Virus record (IMG/VR): IMGVR_UViG_3300032315_001604
Location: 1-64,000 of that record
Reading direction: 5' to 3' (one strand)
Source: a virus
Length of the DNA: 64,000 bases
Part shown: piece by piece, positions 53,954-63,840 of the stretch
Layout of the letters: every line of letters begins with the position of its first letter
How positions within the stretch are numbered: the first letter of the stretch is position 1
Made by a program: the position numbers and the translations under genes
Notes under the pieces: generated by a model
The model's database searches: none
Seen by the model: the letters and a program-made list of their open reading frames with translations, nothing else
Told to the model about the DNA's origin: nothing

Positions 53954-54746
53954 TTCTTTTATTGAATTAGAAGAATGCTTTTCACATATTAAGTTTTTTA
54001 GTAAAAATCACACTTATACTATTAACGATAATCCAGCAAAAACTTCCGTTTCTGGTTTGTTAAAAAAATATGAGAAGCCTTTTGAAAAAAATAAAGTCGC
54101 AACGTATGTTGCAGAACGTGATCAAAAAAGCGTAGAAGCCGTTTTAGCTGAATGGGAATTTGCAAAAAATTATTCATGTCATAAAGGTTCGGAATTTCAT
54201 TTATTTGTAGAAAACTATTTTAGTAGAAAGCAAACAACAATAGATGCTAAAGCATTAAAAAATTTTTATAAAGAAAACGAAAATTTTTATAAAGACACAT
54301 CAATTAGCGAATATTATAAAGAGCTTGCTCACTTAATTAAAAACTTTTTAAATTTTTATAATTGGTGGAAAAAAGATCACATTCTTTTAAAATCGGAATT
54401 TGTTGTAGGAGATAAAGAATCTGGTATTTGTGGAACGATAGACAATTTATCTTATAATAAAGAAACAAACGAGTTGGTCATTTTTGACTATAAAACAAAC
54501 AAAGAAATTAAAAAGAAAAATCCAAGAGATGATACTTTCTTACAACCCATTCAGTATCTATCTCAGTGTGAATATATCAAATATAGTCTACAACTTTGTT
54601 TATATCAAACAATTATTGAAAGAAATAGTGATTTTAAAGTCCCTAAATCTTATATAGTATGGGTAGCCAATAAAGAAAAATATGAGTTAATGGAAACATT
54701 AAATCTTAGAAAAGAAGCAGAAATGTTACTCGATCAGCATAAATAA
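53907..54746 (+). CDS. PD-(D/E)xK exonuclease
   Basis: GSEFH, GTID, IFDYKT, YSLQL..Y. Confidence 0.85.
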   Translation: MKQKNKSQKESGLELNSFIELEECFSHIKFFSKNHTYTINDNPAKTSVSGLLKKYEKPFEKNKVATYVAERDQKSVEAVLAEWEFAKNYSCHKGSEFHLFVENYFSRKQTTIDAKALKNFYKENENFYKDTSISEYYKELAHLIKNFLNFYNWWKKDHILLKSEFVVGDKESGICGTIDNLSYNKETNELVIFDYKTNKEIKKKNPRDDTFLQPIQYLSQCEYIKYSLQLCLYQTIIERNSDFKVPKSYIVWVANKEKYELMETLNLRKEAEMLLDQHK

Positions 54747-54751
54747 TTAAT

Positions 54752-55312
54752 ATGAGATCAAGAGATGAAATTTTATTGGCAGAAGCTTATTCTGCTATTT
54801 TAGAAGAAAAAAAGAAAAAGCTTTCTGATAAACAAAAAAAGATTGCTTCAGTAGCTGAACCAAAAGATGAAATTACTGGTGCAGATTTTAAAAAGTTAAA
54901 AGAAGAAAATTTAGACATGGTTGGTGTTGAAATGGCTGATGAACATCCTCATTTTTCAGGAGGAGGTGAAGAAGAAGAAGAGTCATCAATGAATGAAACA
55001 AACCTTTCAGCAATTTGTAAAAATGCTAAAATGTTAATGAGCATTGTAAAAAGTGGAGCAGATCTTGATACATGGATGCAGCAATCACTTGCAGTAATTG
55101 CTGATAATATTACAAGTGTTGCTCAAGTAGCAGTTTATGATTTCAATAAAAATAACACGTACACCGAAGCTAAACAAGTAAATCCTTGGGCAGTATGTGG
55201 AAAAATTGAAGATAAACCAAAAAAAGAACGTTGCGTAAAAGGTGTGAAAAAAAGTGCTAAAAAGTACGGTAAAAAAATAACATCAAAATCAATTAAAGCA
55301 AAAAGTAAATAA
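54752..55312 (+). CDS. Putative internal head protein
   Basis: MRSRDEILLAEAYSAILEE; NPWAVC...KERC motif. Confidence 0.6.
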   Translation: MRSRDEILLAEAYSAILEEKKKKLSDKQKKIASVAEPKDEITGADFKKLKEENLDMVGVEMADEHPHFSGGGEEEEESSMNETNLSAICKNAKMLMSIVKSGADLDTWMQQSLAVIADNITSVAQVAVYDFNKNNTYTEAKQVNPWAVCGKIEDKPKKERCVKGVKKSAKKYGKKITSKSIKAKSK

Positions 55313-55357
55313 TTTGTAGAAATGTAATTAAACTAGGATAAATAATATTATAATACT

Positions 55358-56218
55358 ATGATAGATCCAATCGCAAAAGCATACTTAAAAGTCATCGAAG
55401 AAGAAACTTCTTCATGTGTAGTCGATTCAACTAAAACACAAGTTGGTAAAGTTTTTGGAGATGCTGAATCTGAAAAGAAAGCACACGAAACAGCACCTAA
55501 CTCATCAACCGAAAAAGTTGAAAAAGAAGTAGAAGAACCAACCGAAGCTCCTGATGAATTGACAAGTGCTGGTGCAGACGGTGAACTCAAAGCAGTAAAA
55601 ACTGAAGCAAGCAATCCTTTTGATGCTCTTTATAATAAAGTTTTAAATGAAGAAATGTTTGATTTTTCAACAGCAGATAATTCATTAGAACCTAGTGATG
55701 AGATGGCATCTGAAGAAGATACAGAAGAATTTGATGATGAATCAGAAGATTCCGATGAAATTACAGTAACATTAGATCGTGAAATGGCTCAAAAACTTCA
55801 TGATGTATTAATGGCAGTTCTCGGAAACGAAGAAGAAACTGAAGAAACTGAAGAAGCAGAAGAAGAAACTGAAGATGAATTAGAAGACATGGATGAAGTT
55901 AAAGAATCTGTTGACGAAGAAGAAGAAGAAGACGAAGAAGAAGACGAAGATGAGGAAGAAATGGAAGAAGCCGTCGAAGCAGAATATCATGGACACGCTT
56001 TAGTAGATCAAGAAAAATTAGAAAAAGGAATGACTAAACATTCTAATATGGAAGTTAAAGGTGCAGTTCCCGTTTCAAAGAAAAAAGCTGAAGTAGTAAA
56101 AGGTAAAAAAGCAGACGGAAAACCTGAAAAAATGACAGGAAATCCAGAAGAACTTACCAGCAAAAGTAAAAACAATGCTGGTGGTGTAAAAACTGGTCAA
56201 TTCCTTTTTGATCAATAA
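55358..56218 (+). CDS. Acidic prohead scaffold/core-like protein
   Basis: Very Glu/Asp-rich with many (I/L/V)xE sites; own late box and terminator. Confidence 0.55.
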   Translation: MIDPIAKAYLKVIEEETSSCVVDSTKTQVGKVFGDAESEKKAHETAPNSSTEKVEKEVEEPTEAPDELTSAGADGELKAVKTEASNPFDALYNKVLNEEMFDFSTADNSLEPSDEMASEEDTEEFDDESEDSDEITVTLDREMAQKLHDVLMAVLGNEEETEETEEAEEETEDELEDMDEVKESVDEEEEEDEEEDEDEEEMEEAVEAEYHGHALVDQEKLEKGMTKHSNMEVKGAVPVSKKKAEVVKGKKADGKPEKMTGNPEELTSKSKNNAGGVKTGQFLFDQ

Positions 56219-56237
56219 AAAACAAATATACTCAAAG

Positions 56238-56262
56238 AAACCCCGCTTCGGCGGGGTTTTTT
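56238..56262 (+). terminator. Rho-independent terminator (UUCG loop)
   Basis: CCCCGC-TTCG-GCGGGG + T6. Confidence 0.9.
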
Positions 56263-56280
56263 ATTAGTAAGTATAGTATA

Positions 56281-56610
56281 ATGAATTTTAAAAAGTTTTT
56301 TAATTTAAATTCTAGCAACCCACAACATCGCAGTATTAAAAGAATTACTGATGTTGGAGCAGACAGAAAACATCAAAACATCGTTGCTAAATCTCAAGGA
56401 ACATATCAATATAAAGATAGTGCTTTAGACGATGCAGAATTAAACAAAAGCGTTTTAATATCTAATACTAGAGCACAAAGTATTGCTAATAAATATGGTT
56501 TAAATATAGAAAAAGAAAATAAAAATAAACCATTTCAAAAACAATTAAAAGATTCTGGAAAATTTTTAATTTATATTCCAAATAAAGGATATTATATAAA
56601 GAGCAAATAA
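56281..56610 (+). CDS. Hypothetical protein
   Basis: MNFKKFF; TAAGTA box. Confidence 0.55.
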   Translation: MNFKKFFNLNSSNPQHRSIKRITDVGADRKHQNIVAKSQGTYQYKDSALDDAELNKSVLISNTRAQSIANKYGLNIEKENKNKPFQKQLKDSGKFLIYIPNKGYYIKSK

Positions 56611-56611
56611 A

Positions 56612-57241
56612 ATGGAAACTTTAAGATATTTAGATAAGCAAAACAATCTAAACGAAAGAAACAATTTTGCCTTTTGGTGGAAAGAGCAGATTAACATATA
56701 CGGTCAAATGACTGAATATTATGCAACTAATGCTACACTATCTGCTATGAATCCTATATATGGTGAACAACCAGATTTAAGTTTTGGAACTGGACAAAAC
56801 TTGGTTGTAATGTTAAATTTAAATAATGATTCATATCTATTATCTAAATTTGGTATTCTTGCAGATAGTGATGTAACAGGGGTGATACATCCATCACATT
56901 TTACTGCTATATATGGATTATCAGCGGAACCAAAAAATGGTGATTTGATTAAACTTTCAGAATTCGGTAATGATCGTCTAAATTATCCAAGAAGAGGTGG
57001 AGGAATTTATGAAATAACAGAAGTAATTGATGAATTTCAATTAAATGCTATTGCTAGTCATTATGTTTGGTTTTTTAAAGCTAAGAGATATGATTACAGT
57101 CATGAAACTGGATCTCCAGGTTCTGGACAAGGAAACAATGCTGCAAATGATAATGATATTATAGAACAAGCAGCACAAGACAATTTTAATTACATTGAAG
57201 ATAATCCATGTAGCAATACATCGGTCTATGGTGATTACTAA
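56612..57241 (+). CDS. Neck/head-completion protein (T4 gp14-like)
   Basis: EQINIYG, IYGE, LSKFG, PKNGDLI, YEITEV. Confidence 0.7.
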   Translation: METLRYLDKQNNLNERNNFAFWWKEQINIYGQMTEYYATNATLSAMNPIYGEQPDLSFGTGQNLVVMLNLNNDSYLLSKFGILADSDVTGVIHPSHFTAIYGLSAEPKNGDLIKLSEFGNDRLNYPRRGGGIYEITEVIDEFQLNAIASHYVWFFKAKRYDYSHETGSPGSGQGNNAANDNDIIEQAAQDNFNYIEDNPCSNTSVYGDY

Positions 57242-57561
57242 AAAGTATATTCTTTTTCAGAAGAATATTTTGTCGTATTTAAATGTTCTTCACTATAACA
57301 AATTTCAATATTATAAAGTTGTTCTAGAACTTTTTTAAGAATAATATTTTCTGTTGCTTCCATGTATTTATAAATCGCTAAAGGTTTAATATCTAATTTA
57401 TCAAACGGTAATTTTTTTTCTTCGGCTTTATCAGCTATCATATTAACAGCTTCAAATAAGCATATCCATCTCGCTAATTGTGATGCTTCATCATGTGTTT
57501 TTTCCCACCACTTTAGCTGGTCATCTTTTTTATTTTTTATTTTTAAGTATTTCTTTTTCAT
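57238..57561 (-). CDS. Hypothetical protein
   Basis: ORF packing. Confidence 0.5.
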   Translation of the reverse strand: MKKKYLKIKNKKDDQLKWWEKTHDEASQLARWICLFEAVNMIADKAEEKKLPFDKLDIKPLAIYKYMEATENIILKKVLEQLYNIEICYSEEHLNTTKYSSEKEYTF

Positions 57562-57983
57562 GCTTTTTCTAAAGGTATTCCTGTTATATTTGAAACATTA
57601 ATAGGTTCTGTTACTCTGGCAACTGTAAATCCTATTGTTACAACATTTTTCTTTTTACAAGAATCACATTCAAATTCTAAGCGTGAAGTGTCTTGTGGTA
57701 AGAATGTCATTAAATTTGGCTGATTACAATATGCACAATTTAAAATTGTTGATAAGTTTTCAAGTTTATCGAGTTCTTTTTGTTTTGTTTTTTCTACGAA
57801 AAAAGAAATAACCATTGACGAAATTGCATAAAATAAAATATATTGAATAGCAATAAATATCAAAAATATAGCTAGAAAATTATAGCCTAATAGATATCCG
57901 CCCATACCAGCAAGTAAAGAAACAACACTAACGTAAAAAGTAGATTTTATAAAGTTTTTAGATTTTGAGTCTAATTTAGACAT
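57558..57983 (-). CDS. Membrane protein with C-terminal zinc ribbon
   Basis: Two helices; CAYC...CDSC. Confidence 0.55.
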   Translation of the reverse strand: MSKLDSKSKNFIKSTFYVSVVSLLAGMGGYLLGYNFLAIFLIFIAIQYILFYAISSMVISFFVEKTKQKELDKLENLSTILNCAYCNQPNLMTFLPQDTSRLEFECDSCKKKNVVTIGFTVARVTEPINVSNITGIPLEKA

Positions 57984-58024
57984 AAAAGAATATTACCAAA
58001 ATATTCCTTTTTTGTCAACACATT

Positions 58025-58507
58025 TTATAATTTAGGTTGAGATTCTGGTTGGGATGGAATAGCCGCAACAGGAACTTGTAGCGGTGGTTGTTCTGACATA
58101 TTAACGACATCTGTAACACGCATACCAACATCTTTAATATCGTTTAAAGATCTTTTTAACTTTTTAAAAAGTTCTAACAATTCTGATTTTTGATTTTCGG
58201 TTAGTGATACTGTGTTATTATTAACACATTGGCTCAATTTTCCAGCAGCAGCTAATAATAATACAAACGCATCAGCTAAATCAGTGTTTATTGTTTGTAA
58301 AGGCCATGGAACACTTGATGGATTAGGAGGCTGTGGAACAGTTGGTGGAAACCCAACTGCTTGATTTTGTTGATTTGGAAAATTGTATCCATCCTTTGTA
58401 GAAAAAGGTACAAAATCTTTTCTTGGTCCTTGGCTATAAGCAGGATATTGTTTTGGTGACCAAGTACTTTCTAAAGATTCATTTAATATTTTATTTAAAT
58501 CGATCAT
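58025..58507 (-). CDS. Hypothetical Pro-rich protein
   Basis: MIDLNKILNES. Confidence 0.5.
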   Translation of the reverse strand: MIDLNKILNESLESTWSPKQYPAYSQGPRKDFVPFSTKDGYNFPNQQNQAVGFPPTVPQPPNPSSVPWPLQTINTDLADAFVLLLAAAGKLSQCVNNNTVSLTENQKSELLELFKKLKRSLNDIKDVGMRVTDVVNMSEQPPLQVPVAAIPSQPESQPKL

Positions 58508-58686
58508 CTTAATTTACCAACTTTAACTAAGTTACCACATCTGCCACAAATCCATCTACATTCTTTAGTTGGTTGTTTGGTTTGTGGATCTACCGTATCT
58601 AAAATTTTTCCATATACTTGAGCACCACAAAAAGAACATCCGATGGGTCTATTGTCTACTGCTTGATATTCTGGTGATTTGTTCAT
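58504..58686 (-). CDS. Small zinc-ribbon protein
   Basis: CSFC...CGRC. Confidence 0.6.
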   Translation of the reverse strand: MNKSPEYQAVDNRPIGCSFCGAQVYGKILDTVDPQTKQPTKECRWICGRCGNLVKVGKLR

Positions 58687-58693
58687 ATTATAC

Positions 58694-59482
58694 TTACTTA
58701 GCGTTTTTAGGTTTCCAAGTATGTTTTTCGTTTTCTAATTTCTCTACGACAAATTTTACAAACTCAGATCTAACAATATCCTCTTTTGTAAATTCAAAAT
58801 GATGTATTCCAAATTTTTTGGAATCTTCATCGGAAAATATATCACATATTTTTGAAAAACCACCAGATTTATTTTCTGGTAAATCTGATTGCATTGGATC
58901 ACCACAAAAAATAATTTTGGAAAATTCGCCCATTCTTGTAATGGTTGTAATCAATTCTCTAAAACTAATATTTTGACATTCATCAACTATTACGCACTTA
59001 GTAGCCCAATGTAAACCACGAATATAATTCACTGGTGTAGCATTAAATCTTTCATCATTTCTTAATCTGTTTATAGTTGCTTTGTCTAATAATTCTTCTA
59101 GCTTTTCCATAAAAGGAACCATATATGCTTCAAATTTTTCATCAATAGTTCCTGGTAAATAACCGATTTTACTATCAGCACTTTCCACTGCACTTCTTAC
59201 AAAGATAATATCAGATATTTTTTTATTTCTTAATAAATGTAAAGCACCATAAACAGCAGTAATAGTTTTTGAAACACCTGCTGGTCCTTCGACAAAAACA
59301 CAACGAGTATCTTTATCAAGTAAAATTTTAATTAATTCTTTTTGTTTTTCAGTCCAAGGTAATTCTTTGATTGGGAAATCAAATGCTACTTTTTCTCTTT
59401 GAAATACATATGGTGATGTGTCTTTAGAAGAACTTTTTTTATCTAAAGACGTATCCTTTGAGCGGATCTTTTTTTTACTCAT
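58694..59482 (-). CDS. phoH: PhoH-like ATPase
   Basis: GPAGVSKT, IGYLPG, YIRG, VDECQN, CGDPMQSD, EDIVRS. Confidence 0.9.
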   Translation of the reverse strand: MSKKKIRSKDTSLDKKSSSKDTSPYVFQREKVAFDFPIKELPWTEKQKELIKILLDKDTRCVFVEGPAGVSKTITAVYGALHLLRNKKISDIIFVRSAVESADSKIGYLPGTIDEKFEAYMVPFMEKLEELLDKATINRLRNDERFNATPVNYIRGLHWATKCVIVDECQNISFRELITTITRMGEFSKIIFCGDPMQSDLPENKSGGFSKICDIFSDEDSKKFGIHHFEFTKEDIVRSEFVKFVVEKLENEKHTWKPKNAK

Positions 59483-59485
59483 ATT

Positions 59486-59860
59486 TTATACTCCGTAAGA
59501 AGTAGGACTGTTATTCGATGTAGCTTGTGAGGTTTGTTGGGTTTCGTTTCCTGTTTTTTGTGGTTCTTTTAAAATACCTTTTTTCATTAAACTTAAAACA
59601 AATTTTTCTTTTTTTTCTGTTGGTAATTTTTCAAAATCTAATTCATCAATTTTGTTGAGTAAATCATCTTCAGGATTAACTTCTGTACTATTTTCAAGAG
59701 GATCTGCTATAGCTTGTAATGCTTTTTTAGTAGCAGGATTTATACTTGTCATAACTTTTTTTAAATCTGATGATACTTGTTGTGGATTTACTGTGACACT
59801 TGAAGAAGAGGTTGTTAATTCTTCAATAACTTTGTTTAAAATGGTTTCAAATTTTTTCAT
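59486..59860 (-). CDS. Putative internal head protein
   Basis: MKKFETILNKVIEE. Confidence 0.5.
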   Translation of the reverse strand: MKKFETILNKVIEELTTSSSSVTVNPQQVSSDLKKVMTSINPATKKALQAIADPLENSTEVNPEDDLLNKIDELDFEKLPTEKKEKFVLSLMKKGILKEPQKTGNETQQTSQATSNNSPTSYGV

Positions 59861-59880
59861 ATCTTTTATATTTATAAAAA

Positions 59881-60159
59881 CTACCAATCTTTACAAGCTT
59901 GATAGCGAGGAGTACCTGGTTTTGCTGATGAACATTTATGTCTTGCTCTGAAAGATTTTTTACGTTTAGTGTTTCCTGATTTACCAGTAACTCTTACGCC
60001 TTTTTGACCCCAATGTATTCTTTTATAACCACCTTTTGGGTTTTTAACACATTTCATCCATTTTTTGCCTTTGCGATCTGAAGATGTTTTTCCTGTAACT
60101 TTCGTGCAACGTGCAGCTTCTTCTAAGAGAGAAGAAACCAATAAATCGAAATTAATCAT
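59881..60159 (-). CDS. Small basic Cys-containing putative internal head protein
   Basis: MINFDLLVSSLLEE + RKKSFRARHKC. Confidence 0.65.
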   Translation of the reverse strand: MINFDLLVSSLLEEAARCTKVTGKTSSDRKGKKWMKCVKNPKGGYKRIHWGQKGVRVTGKSGNTKRKKSFRARHKCSSAKPGTPRYQACKDW

Positions 60160-60238
60160 GCATATACTTATTCTTTGAGAGAAACTAAAAACATTTATAA
60201 AAAATGGTAAAAATTAAAGGTAAATAGTAGTATAAATT

Positions 60239-62434
60239 ATGGCAGCAAGAACAATAGCATCACCAGGCGTACAAATTAACGAAGTTGATTTAAGTTTAAT
60301 CGCAAGACCAACAGGCGAAACAAACATTTTCATGACAGGTTTTGCCGACCAAGGACCAACCGATGAAGTTATCAACGTTACAAGTTTAACAGAATATGAA
60401 GAAATCTTCGGTGTTCCAACAAATGCAGCAGAAAGATATTCATATCATGCTGCTAGACAAATTTTAACAACATCACCAGCTAACTTGTTGGTTACTAGAA
60501 TGCCTTATGGTTCTGGTGCAGGTGTTGGATATACAAACTCTTACAGCGCATTGGTGTATCCAATTTCATCAAACGGTGCTACTTATGAATCTTCAACAGA
60601 GTATAGAGTATTAGAACCAGAATCTATTCTTTTAACTGATGATGAATATCAAAGTTTAGTAGAAAACGATGTAGCATGGTCTGATGGTTGGCTTAATATT
60701 CCAAGTTACAATTTTGATGGTATCGGCAGAGCAGGTTTTGTAGTAGTAAATGCTGCAAAAACAACCGTATCAAATCTTTATGAAGGTTTTTATGTAGCTC
60801 TTGCTGATAATAGTAACAATAACCCTGCAACAAATTTTGATGCTATAACAGGAGTAAAATCTGTTAATACTATCGACTCCAGTAATTCATATCAAACCTT
60901 TGTTAATGTTCCAAGTTCAAGATTTGGTTTCCAATTAACACAAAATTATCAAAATTACACAGGTCAAAGTGTTTCAGAAGTTGTTGAAAACTTCCCAACA
61001 AATTATGATTTTGCAACAACAAAATTCAATGATTACTTGACATTGATGGTCTTTAAATTAAGACCTACGACATATAGCCAAGATACAGTAACTCTCGATT
61101 ATATTGTTACTGAAGGTTATACAGGTTCATTATACATTGACAGAACGCAACAAAATCCAAATGGTGGTTCATTTATTACATCATTTATTGATAATTTAGC
61201 AAATGCTCGTTCTGCTAACATTAAAGTTATTACAAATCCTTACATCTCAACAACAGGAGATTGGATTAATAATGACGGTACATCTAAAAAATCTGTTAGA
61301 GTACAAACAGTAGCTAAAAATCTTTACTCTGCTGGTGTTTATGTATCAGATACAGATAAAGTAGCTAAAGATGTTGGTAACATCCCATTAAAACTTGAAA
61401 GAGTTTTAAGAACATTAGAAAATAATGATACAATAAATTTAGATGTAACAATCGAAGCTGGTTTGGGTAGTATTTGGACTAGTGCAAAAGCACGTTTTGT
61501 AGATTCTACATATACTGGTCAACCAAGAATTTTTGATGACACATATCCATTAGATATTTCTGTTCTTAAAAATACTACAGGTGTTCTTGTTGGTGGAGTG
61601 AGAGAAGATTATTTTTCTATTGTAAACCAATTTGTAACATTTGCAGATAAAACTAGAAAAGATCACATGTTCATTGCAGATCCTTTAAGAAATATCTTTG
61701 TAAAAGGATCCAATTCAAAAATAGCTAAGAGTAGAGACTTCATCTTCTCAACTGACATTTATTGGCCATTGAGAAATCTTTTCGCTGGTGTTGAATCAAG
61801 CTATGTTGCAACATATGGCAACTGGATCAGAACAAATGATACAGCATCAGATACCTTCTGCTGGATTCCTGCATCAGGTTATATTGCATCCATATTTGCA
61901 TCGTCAGCACAAACATCATTCCCTTGGTCTGCACCAGCAGGTTTCACAAGAGGAACATTGTTTAATGTATCAGATATTGCAATCAATCCAACACAAAAGC
62001 AAAGAGATCTGCTTTACAAAATTAACATCAATCCTATTGCATTCTTCCCAAATGATGGAAACGTAGTTTTTGGACAAAAAACACTCTATCGTAAACCATC
62101 AGCCTTTGATAGAATCAATGTTCGTAGATTGTTCTTAACATTAGAAAAAACTGCTCAATCAGTTCTTAAATTCTTTGTTTTCGAACCTAATACATTCACA
62201 ACAAGAGCAAGAGTTGTGGGTGCATTAACACCAATCTTCGATCAAGCACGATTGAATGAAGGATTATACGATTATGCTATTGTGTGTGATGAAAGAAACA
62301 ACACACCAAACACAATAGACAGTAATGAATTGAGAGTCTCTCTTTATATTCAACCTGTTCGCACTGCCGAATTTATTCTTGCAGACTTTATTGCTACAAG
62401 AACAGGAGTGAACTTCGAAGAAATACTATCATAA
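60239..62434 (+). CDS. Contractile tail sheath protein (gp18-like)
   Basis: SPGVQINEVD, W.APAGFTRG, INPI, GQKTL, FDRINVRRLF, VFEPN. Confidence 0.95.
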   Translation: MAARTIASPGVQINEVDLSLIARPTGETNIFMTGFADQGPTDEVINVTSLTEYEEIFGVPTNAAERYSYHAARQILTTSPANLLVTRMPYGSGAGVGYTNSYSALVYPISSNGATYESSTEYRVLEPESILLTDDEYQSLVENDVAWSDGWLNIPSYNFDGIGRAGFVVVNAAKTTVSNLYEGFYVALADNSNNNPATNFDAITGVKSVNTIDSSNSYQTFVNVPSSRFGFQLTQNYQNYTGQSVSEVVENFPTNYDFATTKFNDYLTLMVFKLRPTTYSQDTVTLDYIVTEGYTGSLYIDRTQQNPNGGSFITSFIDNLANARSANIKVITNPYISTTGDWINNDGTSKKSVRVQTVAKNLYSAGVYVSDTDKVAKDVGNIPLKLERVLRTLENNDTINLDVTIEAGLGSIWTSAKARFVDSTYTGQPRIFDDTYPLDISVLKNTTGVLVGGVREDYFSIVNQFVTFADKTRKDHMFIADPLRNIFVKGSNSKIAKSRDFIFSTDIYWPLRNLFAGVESSYVATYGNWIRTNDTASDTFCWIPASGYIASIFASSAQTSFPWSAPAGFTRGTLFNVSDIAINPTQKQRDLLYKININPIAFFPNDGNVVFGQKTLYRKPSAFDRINVRRLFLTLEKTAQSVLKFFVFEPNTFTTRARVVGALTPIFDQARLNEGLYDYAIVCDERNNTPNTIDSNELRVSLYIQPVRTAEFILADFIATRTGVNFEEILS

Positions 62435-62452
62435 GATAAATAATTTAAACAT

Positions 62453-63028
62453 ATGGCAATACCAGAATATACACCGCAAGACAGAGGTTTACTTAACAAT
62501 TATGGAATTTCAAATTTCTATAATGCAGCCGCTAACAACGATTTTATGCGAACAAATTTGTTCCGCATTATATCTCTTGGTGGCGTAAGATTTACAGCCA
62601 ATGAGCTTCTTTATTTAACTTCAACAACATTACCAGGTCGTGCAATCACAAACATCCAAGTTCCTTTTATGGGATTAGTGTTTAACGTACCAGGCACAGC
62701 AAACTATCCTAACAGTGGTGCATGGAATGTATCATTCAGAGTACCACAAAACCTTTCTATTCGTAGAAAATTTGAACAATGGACTAGAGATGTTTTCAAT
62801 GACATCGATAGTTCAGGTTCTTATAGTATTCCAAGTGCAGATTCTTCTAATCAAGTTGTTATAACTTTAATTGATAAAGTAGGAACACCTATCAGAACAT
62901 ATACACTTTATGGTGCATACTGCCAATCAGTAGGCGATGTCAATATGGACATTACTACTTCTGGCGAAGTAATGGTACAACAAGCAACATTAGCATATCA
63001 ATACTGGCAATTAAGTAACAACCCATAA
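62453..63028 (+). CDS. Tail tube protein (gp19-like)
   Basis: LPGR...VPFMG...G, W, Y.L.GAY...VG; follows sheath. Confidence 0.85.
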   Translation: MAIPEYTPQDRGLLNNYGISNFYNAAANNDFMRTNLFRIISLGGVRFTANELLYLTSTTLPGRAITNIQVPFMGLVFNVPGTANYPNSGAWNVSFRVPQNLSIRRKFEQWTRDVFNDIDSSGSYSIPSADSSNQVVITLIDKVGTPIRTYTLYGAYCQSVGDVNMDITTSGEVMVQQATLAYQYWQLSNNP

Positions 63029-63060
63029 ACAAAAACTTAAATTAGGCATAAATATTTGAT

Positions 63061-63810
63061 ATGGCTAATTTAAGATCAAGTCCTTACGAATATTATCTAA
63101 AACTATTAGGCAGATGGCCTACTGGTTTAGCATTAGCTAGTCAATGGTTAGTGTATTTTGATTTTAGTTCTGTGGGTTGTTTACAAGGGGATTTACAAGG
63201 GTTAATCCGCAATAAAGAGAGTGCTTTCGGTTCGAATGGTTGGACTATAACAAACACTGTTACAAAATATCTTTTAGATGGTGGATTACAGTATTCATCT
63301 GATAATTTAACTGGTTGTGTATTTGCTAGACAAGTTAATTTACCAAGCGAGAGTATTAATGCAGGAAATGTCGGTTTAGATTATGGGGGTTATCAAGCAC
63401 CAGCAACAATAGGAAATAGAGAAAAATATAAAAAACTAACAGTCACCTTTCTAGAAACTAATGCATCGTTTTTAGATTTAGTTTTAAGACCTTGGACAGT
63501 AATGGTAGGTTATAATGGTTTAGTTGCAAGAGCTAGTAATTCATCAAAAAATGTTAAGTGTAACTATGCAGATGTTTTAATGTATGCAAAAACTGGTGTT
63601 AGTAACAGAATGCAAGTACGTAAAATATACAGGTTTTATAATCTTGCACCAGTTTCTATAGATGGTGAAGAATATTCTTATATGACGGAAGGCATGAAAT
63701 ATAGTAATGTTTCTTTTGTTTATGATGGTTATAGTGTATTAGATGCCAATACACCTAGTTTAATTGACTTAAATAATTCATTTTTAAGTCAATTAGGATT
63801 TTCAAGTTGA
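63061..63810 (+). CDS. Baseplate tail-tube initiator/cap (gp54/gp48-like)
   Basis: Tube-like fold signature (LTVTFLET, W, P.SI...Y) and position. Confidence 0.6.
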   Translation: MANLRSSPYEYYLKLLGRWPTGLALASQWLVYFDFSSVGCLQGDLQGLIRNKESAFGSNGWTITNTVTKYLLDGGLQYSSDNLTGCVFARQVNLPSESINAGNVGLDYGGYQAPATIGNREKYKKLTVTFLETNASFLDLVLRPWTVMVGYNGLVARASNSSKNVKCNYADVLMYAKTGVSNRMQVRKIYRFYNLAPVSIDGEEYSYMTEGMKYSNVSFVYDGYSVLDANTPSLIDLNNSFLSQLGFSS

Positions 63811-63840
63811 AAAACTTTTGTTGTTTGTTAGTATCTAACT

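Noticed and set aside
741-59951. Numerous antisense or alternate-frame ORFs in the track (for example 741..1298, 7362..7730, 15846..16223, 24147..24665, 31462..31776)
   Set aside because: Shadows of well-supported genes with no motifs or start context.
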